Positions 57,686-64,000 of a DNA stretch of 64,000 bases are shown one piece after another. Positions within the stretch are counted from its first letter, which is position 1; the number at the start of each line of letters is the position of its first letter. This DNA comes from an uncultured archaeon. Lineage in GTDB: Archaea > Thermoplasmatota > Penumbrarchaeia > JASLWR01. Below the pieces are notes generated by a model. That model saw only the letters and a program-made list of their open reading frames with translations, did not search any database and was not told where the DNA came from. The stretch covers positions 182,361-246,360 of the forward strand of contig CAYSHM010000003.1 of the NCBI GenBank assembly GCA_964430885.1. The letters are read 5' to 3'. Position numbers and translations under genes: made by a program.

Positions 57686-59191
57686 ATGTCAGTCTATACC
57701 AGATTCTTAAAGCTTACAAATGAGATACATGATCTGCAGAAGATAGGGTCAGTTCTTGGATGGGATCAGGAAACCTACATGCCCAAAGGCTCCCTGGAAG
57801 GCAGGGCCCATTCAAGAGCGGCTCTGTCCTCCATCATCCATGAAAGGATCACATCAATGGAGTTGGGGTCACTCCTGAAAACCTTGAACAGTGAAGTGGA
57901 AGGTAAACATCTCAATGCCGAGCAGAGGGCAAATGTCAGGATAATGAAAAGAGGGTATGAACGAGCGGTCAAGGTCCCCAACGAGCTCATGAAACGATTG
58001 AGCAGGACAACTTCTCTTTCCCAGAAAGCATGGCAGGAGGCACGAGCAAAGAACGATTTCACTCTTTTTCTACCGAACCTGGAAAAGGTCGTGGAGCTTA
58101 AGATGGAACTGTGCGAGCATATAGGCTACGAGAAGAGTCCTTACGACGCTCTCTTGGATGAGTTCGAACCTTATGCCACGAAGGATGAGATCGACCCCGT
58201 GCTCAAACATCTTCATAAAGAACTAGTGCCTATAGTCCGCAAGATATATGAATCAGAAACCGAAATAGATGATTCTTTCCTATACCGAGATTATGATATA
58301 GCAGAGCAGGAAAAGTTCGGGTGCAAGGTTATCAAGGATATGGGATTCGACATGAACAGAGGAAGACTGGATGTGTCCGCCCATCCATTCACCGCAGGTA
58401 CCGAGGATGATGTCAGAATGACGACCAGGTATAAACTGGATGACCTGAAACCATCCATATTCGCTGTTGTTCACGAAGCTGGCCACGGACTCTACGAACA
58501 GGGGTTCCTAAAGAAGCATTACAGGACACCCATGGCGTCCTCTATCTCCCTGGGATGGCATGAATCACAGTCTCGTTTGTGGGAGAACTTCATAGGAAGA
58601 AGCTGGGAGTTCTGGGGACATTACTATCCGCAGCTGCGCACACATTTCCCGAGCACATTGAAGGGTATAGACCAGAATATGTTCTATAAAGGGATCAACA
58701 GGGTTAAGCCCTCCCTGATCAGGGTTGAGGCTGATGAGGTAACTTATAATCTCCATGTTATACTCCGCTATGAGCTGGAAAGCCAGATGATGGAAGGAAA
58801 TATTGACCTTTCTGAACTGCCTGTAATATGGAATGAAAGAATGGAGAAATATCTCGGGGTCATACCACCCGACAATGCCACAGGGGTTCTTCAGGATATT
58901 CATTGGTCCCTGGGTTTTATAGGATATTTCCCAACCTATACCCTTGGCAATATATATGCAGGCCAGATATACCATAAGCTCAATAAAGAGATGCCTAATT
59001 TATCAGAGGATATTGGCAGGGGAAGGTTTCTGGACATCCTCAACTGGCTTAGAAAAAACATTCACAACAAGGGCAACCTTCTAACCGCCAGCGATCTTGC
59101 TAAGGAACTTTTGGGTGAAACACTTAATGACCGATACCTCCTTGATTATATCAAGGACAAGTTCGGCAACATTTACGGTGTGAGGCTTTGA
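57686..59191 (+). CDS. Carboxypeptidase M32
   Basis: WDQETYMP, HPF, HEAGH, HESQS, IRVEADE, QDIHW, GYFPTY. Confidence 0.96.
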   Translation: MSVYTRFLKLTNEIHDLQKIGSVLGWDQETYMPKGSLEGRAHSRAALSSIIHERITSMELGSLLKTLNSEVEGKHLNAEQRANVRIMKRGYERAVKVPNELMKRLSRTTSLSQKAWQEARAKNDFTLFLPNLEKVVELKMELCEHIGYEKSPYDALLDEFEPYATKDEIDPVLKHLHKELVPIVRKIYESETEIDDSFLYRDYDIAEQEKFGCKVIKDMGFDMNRGRLDVSAHPFTAGTEDDVRMTTRYKLDDLKPSIFAVVHEAGHGLYEQGFLKKHYRTPMASSISLGWHESQSRLWENFIGRSWEFWGHYYPQLRTHFPSTLKGIDQNMFYKGINRVKPSLIRVEADEVTYNLHVILRYELESQMMEGNIDLSELPVIWNERMEKYLGVIPPDNATGVLQDIHWSLGFIGYFPTYTLGNIYAGQIYHKLNKEMPNLSEDIGRGRFLDILNWLRKNIHNKGNLLTASDLAKELLGETLNDRYLLDYIKDKFGNIYGVRL

Positions 59192-59200
59192 CTAAAAAGC

Positions 59201-60562
59201 GTGGATAAATTGAAAACTACACAAATAGATATCGATTATCACAATGCTGTGGAATCCATTTTCGACCTCAGATTTAGGGCTAAAAAGGAAGGGTTGAAAA
59301 AGATTTCCGACCTTTTGAAACGCATGGACAATCCTCATGAAGATCTTTTTATCGTAAGGGTAGTGGGCACCAACGGTAAAGGCTCCGTATGCGCAATGCT
59401 GACATCCATCCTTGTTGAGGCAGGTTATTTAGTCGGCACATTTACTTCTCCCCACCTGGTGGATTTCTGTGGGCGGATATGCATAGATGGACATCCCATA
59501 TCCCGAAATGAAGTTATTAACCTTCATTCGATCATATGGCCACAGATTGAGAAAATGGAGACAATATCAGAAATGGGACCTCCTACATTTTTCGAGTTTG
59601 TAACCGCCCTAGCCCTGTGCCATTTCAGGAATAAAAAAGTGAATATTGCCATCATGGAAGCGGGAATAGGCGGGATGAGAGATGCCACCCATGCAGCAGG
59701 CGGTGAGTTGGGCGTCATTACCAATATAGCAATGGACCATGAGGATGTTTTCGGTAAAAACTTAACATCTGTCATACGGGATAAGGCCTCAGCGGTAACA
59801 AAAAGCGGAGTGGTTGTGACATGCAACATCGATGACATTTGTTCTGAAATCTCAGAAATCGGCCGGGAAATCGGATTCAGGCTGAGAAATATTCGTCCTT
59901 CAGAGGTCGAAATCCAGTCTATTGAAGGAGATGGTTTGGAAATTTCCTTGGAAACTGAACTAGCCAAATATGAAGGTTTAAGGATCCCCTTGATCGGTGA
60001 TTTCCAAGGTGAAAACACCGCTGCCGCTGTCTTAGCTTGTGAAGAACTCAACAATTTCAATTTTTGTATCGGCAAAGAGCATATCATCAAGGGTCTGGAA
60101 AAAACCGAACTCAAGGGACGTATGCAGGTAATTGGAAAGCACCCTGAAATAATTGTTGACTGCGGCCATAATCAGGAAGCTGTCAGAAGGCTCATGGTTA
60201 ATGTTAAAAAAAGGAGATTCAGGAAATTGTGGGTAATCTTCGGCGCCACATACAAGAAGGATATTGAAGGAATGCTCCAGATGATACTTGTCCATGCTGA
60301 CCATCTAATTGTAACTTCGGCCAATAATGAAAGGGCCTTAAAGGCTGAAGATCTTCTTGAAAAAGCAGAAGAAGCCAAAGATAAATTGGTACAAAATAAA
60401 AACCTGCAGAAGGATGCTCAAATCATAACCGCCGATAGTTCTACAAATGCGATCAAATTAGCTTTAGAACGCGCAGAGGCAACGGATCTGGCAGTAATAT
60501 GCGGTTCGGTTTATCTGGCAGGAGAAGCATTAAATTTACTAGATGTGTTTGATCGGAAATAA
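59201..60562 (+). CDS. folC: Folylpolyglutamate synthase / dihydrofolate synthase
   Basis: GTNGKGS, FTSPHL, TFFE, EAGIGG..DAT, GRMQ, DCGHN, GSVYL. Confidence 0.92.
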   Translation: MDKLKTTQIDIDYHNAVESIFDLRFRAKKEGLKKISDLLKRMDNPHEDLFIVRVVGTNGKGSVCAMLTSILVEAGYLVGTFTSPHLVDFCGRICIDGHPISRNEVINLHSIIWPQIEKMETISEMGPPTFFEFVTALALCHFRNKKVNIAIMEAGIGGMRDATHAAGGELGVITNIAMDHEDVFGKNLTSVIRDKASAVTKSGVVVTCNIDDICSEISEIGREIGFRLRNIRPSEVEIQSIEGDGLEISLETELAKYEGLRIPLIGDFQGENTAAAVLACEELNNFNFCIGKEHIIKGLEKTELKGRMQVIGKHPEIIVDCGHNQEAVRRLMVNVKKRRFRKLWVIFGATYKKDIEGMLQMILVHADHLIVTSANNERALKAEDLLEKAEEAKDKLVQNKNLQKDAQIITADSSTNAIKLALERAEATDLAVICGSVYLAGEALNLLDVFDRK

Positions 60563-60570
60563 TACCTGCT

Positions 60571-63500
60571 TTATTCTTTCTTCTTCCCTCTATTAACTAT
60601 AAAACCCACTAAAAGAAGCACAGCAAAGAGCACCAATACCACTATCTCCGGGATCTTGTTATCCGACCTATTGGCAGACGCTATCACTAATTCAAAGGTG
60701 ATATTCACCCGAGAACCGCCATCGCTAACACCAATAGTAATTATGTGATTCCCAGTCATATCCTCACCGGCCCTGAACTGGATCTCGCCAGTATTCGGAT
60801 CAATATCAAAAACATCCGTATTATCATAGAAAAGCAGATAGGCATCCTTATCGGCATCGGACGCATTTATTTTCAATAACAACTCATCACCTACCTTCAG
60901 CACTATTCTGCCTGGATTTTCAATAACTGGCAAATCATTTTTATTGGCTACCGAAACATTCAGAACGGCTTTACAGAAATCGCCGCTTTGATCTGTAATG
61001 GTCAAATTCACCTGAAAGGACCCGACATGCTCGTCGTCGGGTACAAATGATATTGAGCCGTTCCCATCAGGCTTGAACAGCGGAGGATCAAGGACATATT
61101 CAAGGAACTTACTGCCGTCAGGGTCGAAAGCTTCCAGGGTGAAATTTGCCAATATTCCTTCATGCAAAGTAATATTCTCAGGCCCCAAATATATCGGGGG
61201 GTCAGGTTTTGGTTCAACATGGACCATCCATTTCCGGTAAGAATTGGATATCCCGTCACTGACCAATATGGTTATTTCCGCCTCTCCGAACCAGTCTCTT
61301 TCAGGTGCGGCGTTCAGAAAGCCATTCTCATCTATATATGCCCCGGACTGGCCAACACTATCTCCTATCAATTGAAAAGAAAGCTCACCAGAGGCATTAT
61401 CGGGATCCTTACAATGCTCATACAGATCCAAGAATCGAAGGGAACTATTATCCTCGGCAATTAAAAGATCAGGTATAGGGGGGACCGACGTAGGAATGTT
61501 AGGCTCCAGAAATATAAATGCTCGATTATTATCCTCTCCGAACTCCTTAAGAATATCATTGGGATCCAGCTCCAGCCTGATAGCTGTGGGTTCATTGGGC
61601 ATCATAATATTCATTTCACCTTCCAATACTCCATTACGGGGAACTCCCCTTAATTCAAAAGTGTCGAAAACAACATATTGTGAATGGGAGCCGTTTTTGC
61701 TCTTAGGGCAAGCCGCAAGCTCAACATCAAAATCCTCGAGGCTGATGAAACCTTCATTCTCAATTGTAAAGAACAGGGTGATCTCTGAACCCGGTGATGC
61801 CTGACGGTCTATTTTCATGGAACTAGAGCTTATCGAAATGTCAGCCGGAGCTAATGGTGTGACAGATTTTTCAAAAAGAAGATGACTCGGGGAAGTGACC
61901 CGTATACCCACGGTTTCAATACCCGTCAGGTCGGGGAATAGGCACAATGTTCCATTCATATCAGTGTGGCCGGAATAGGCATCGTATAGGTTCCAAATTT
62001 CATTACTAGCATCAGCGTACTCTCCGATCATATCTCGATTCATCTGCACATCATCCCTGTACATGCATACACTGGCATTGGGAACCGGCTGCTGAGTCAC
62101 ATTGTCCCTGACAGTGATATTGACACTTTTCTTGCAGGCATATAATTCCTCAGCTTCAATCTCTAAAAAACCCGGTTTCCCAATCCAAACCGACACCTCT
62201 GGATCACCCAGGAGATTGTAGGAGAGCTTATTTACTTTCTGGCCCATATGGTACTCGAAATCGTCGCAGACACCTGGAATGCCAGTCTCATTGATCCCTG
62301 CATTTTCATTAAGATACTCTGAATAATCTCTCAGCATCTCATAGAAACATTGCCCCTGCCGGGTCATTCCGCTGAAAAAAAGCTCCCAGAACCGGCCGAA
62401 CATCCACCAGTTGCCCCAGGAAGCGTTGAACTCCTCGGATTCCCCTCTCATTGTGGCCTCGGTTGCGGATATCAACCCTATTGTGCCTCCATTCTGGGCA
62501 TATACAAGTTTTTCCAGGTTTGTATCGTCCTCTTCGGTGAAGTTGCCGATGGAACATGCTGATAGATACATAAGGGGAAGCTTGCCCTCGTTCCCAGCTT
62601 CCTCAGAGTGGGTGTGATTGAAAAAAGATGCAAAGGTCCAGCTTGTACCATTACCCCTGTAGTGTGCCAAACCATTTCCATCCAGATAACCGTGTGAAGC
62701 AGTGCCTACTATTCCACAACCCTTATCAAAGGCCTTGGTGAAGGTTCCCGCACTGAGGGTGTCAGTCCAATCAGTATAATTGCCACCAGCTATGAAGGGA
62801 TAATCATAGAGCTCTTTAAGGGAATAATGCTCCGGAATGTATGGAAGAGCCTTCTGTATTGCCTCATATCCGTTGTCCTTGTAGCTGCTGTAACCCTCAT
62901 CGGTCTCGTTTGTCAAAGGGTTGTCCGGCCTGTTGGGTATATCCATCAAGGCCCCTGCGAACAATCCCCTAGCGTACCAATCGCCGGGCGGAGGTGCTGT
63001 CTCATAGGTCACTATCTTCATCACTGCGTTTTCAAGCTCATTCAAGCTGTTAACAGGAAGCCTGCCCACATATAGCTCAGGGGTCCACAGTATCTCCCCT
63101 TCCTCACCGTAGATACCGTCACCGTCGGCATCCCAGGGTGAATCCAGATCGGAATAGTAGTAATCCGTAGGAACAAATCCATTCCCCCAGGGCACAGGTG
63201 TTTCGTTGTAGGTGGTATTCAGATAAACATAACGTGGCGGTAAAATTTCAGAATCACCTATTAGTAAAAGCCATTTAAGATCGGGATTATTGATCTTTTT
63301 TATCTGCAGGAAATTGTGTATCTTCTCGGCCTCATCAAAGCCCCAGGAGTGATTGTATATGTGCTCAAGAGTAAAAACAGATGTAGGCATCCCTTTCTTG
63401 GTCTTCAGATCAATCAGGGGAACCAGTGGGCCGAGAAGGGATCGGGGGGATAAAATGATATATTCCAGATTCCCTAAGGCGCCTCTCATACTTTCAGACT

Positions 63501-63705
63501 TATATTGCGTCTTCACCCCCTGCCTATGATACCTAGGATCGTTATAAATATGTCCGCCGTCAGAAGAAGGAAGGTTAAGGTTATTGAATTGAAGAACGCA
63601 CAATAGAAAAGAAAATAATAATGCAAGTGCCAATTTTAATCCGTATTGAATAAAAACACCCCTTATTTCATTCTGGGCCTGCTTAATAAAATTGTAATCT
63701 TGCAT
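60571..63705 (-). CDS. Secreted, membrane-anchored peptidase C25 (gingipain family) with CARDB/cadherin-like domains
   Basis: LLLIGD, TDYYY, YVGRLPV, ASHG and SACSIG catalytic dyad, YNLLGDP, DPD/NDLP Ig repeats, C-terminal TM. Confidence 0.9.
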   Translation of the reverse strand: MQDYNFIKQAQNEIRGVFIQYGLKLALALLFSFLLCVLQFNNLNLPSSDGGHIYNDPRYHRQGVKTQYKSESMRGALGNLEYIILSPRSLLGPLVPLIDLKTKKGMPTSVFTLEHIYNHSWGFDEAEKIHNFLQIKKINNPDLKWLLLIGDSEILPPRYVYLNTTYNETPVPWGNGFVPTDYYYSDLDSPWDADGDGIYGEEGEILWTPELYVGRLPVNSLNELENAVMKIVTYETAPPPGDWYARGLFAGALMDIPNRPDNPLTNETDEGYSSYKDNGYEAIQKALPYIPEHYSLKELYDYPFIAGGNYTDWTDTLSAGTFTKAFDKGCGIVGTASHGYLDGNGLAHYRGNGTSWTFASFFNHTHSEEAGNEGKLPLMYLSACSIGNFTEEDDTNLEKLVYAQNGGTIGLISATEATMRGESEEFNASWGNWWMFGRFWELFFSGMTRQGQCFYEMLRDYSEYLNENAGINETGIPGVCDDFEYHMGQKVNKLSYNLLGDPEVSVWIGKPGFLEIEAEELYACKKSVNITVRDNVTQQPVPNASVCMYRDDVQMNRDMIGEYADASNEIWNLYDAYSGHTDMNGTLCLFPDLTGIETVGIRVTSPSHLLFEKSVTPLAPADISISSSSMKIDRQASPGSEITLFFTIENEGFISLEDFDVELAACPKSKNGSHSQYVVFDTFELRGVPRNGVLEGEMNIMMPNEPTAIRLELDPNDILKEFGEDNNRAFIFLEPNIPTSVPPIPDLLIAEDNSSLRFLDLYEHCKDPDNASGELSFQLIGDSVGQSGAYIDENGFLNAAPERDWFGEAEITILVSDGISNSYRKWMVHVEPKPDPPIYLGPENITLHEGILANFTLEAFDPDGSKFLEYVLDPPLFKPDGNGSISFVPDDEHVGSFQVNLTITDQSGDFCKAVLNVSVANKNDLPVIENPGRIVLKVGDELLLKINASDADKDAYLLFYDNTDVFDIDPNTGEIQFRAGEDMTGNHIITIGVSDGGSRVNITFELVIASANRSDNKIPEIVVLVLFAVLLLVGFIVNRGKKKE

Positions 63706-64000
63706 ATTTCTACTAGAACTTAAGCCTTGCTAAATAAAAAATAAGATAGAGAGCATCGCCCTCTCGATATATTTTGTTTTTTTCCTTTGCAAAATATCAA
63801 AATTTTCAAATTCTTTCTTAAATGCGTTATTTGCGAGAGTTTTTGCCGTGTTATAAATTCCTCCTCAGCCCACCCTAATCGACTTTTATATGTTCAATGT
63901 CGTAATAGAAAATGTAAAATATAAATGTTATAATATTAATATAATCTAGATATGATTCAATAAGAATCTGAATTATAACATTTTATTACGATTAATCCTT

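Overview
Archaeal chromosomal segment, most consistent with an uncultured Thermoplasmatota lineage. This is inferred from the unsplit RpoB, an N-terminally extended RpoA'', methanogen-type SerRS, bacterial-type MutS1/Fhs/FolC, and many large C-terminally anchored surface proteins and peptidases. It is gene dense and mostly housekeeping or cell-surface related. I saw no CRISPR array, rRNA, transposase, integrase or reverse transcriptase. Most unusual items: (1) an 872-aa RNA polymerase A'' subunit carrying two tandem copies of an extra ~125-aa domain, plus a ~76-aa insertion in RpoB; (2) a tRNA-Lys(UUU) split in the D-loop by a 155-nt, highly structured intron with a bulge-helix-loop splice motif; (3) a 1959-aa single-pass receptor-like Ser/Thr kinase (beta-helix ectodomain) coupled to an FHA/Zn-finger protein; (4) a polytopic membrane enzyme with the architecture and motifs of eukaryotic GPI ethanolamine-phosphate transferases. 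All family calls come from motif recognition by eye; no database searches were run.
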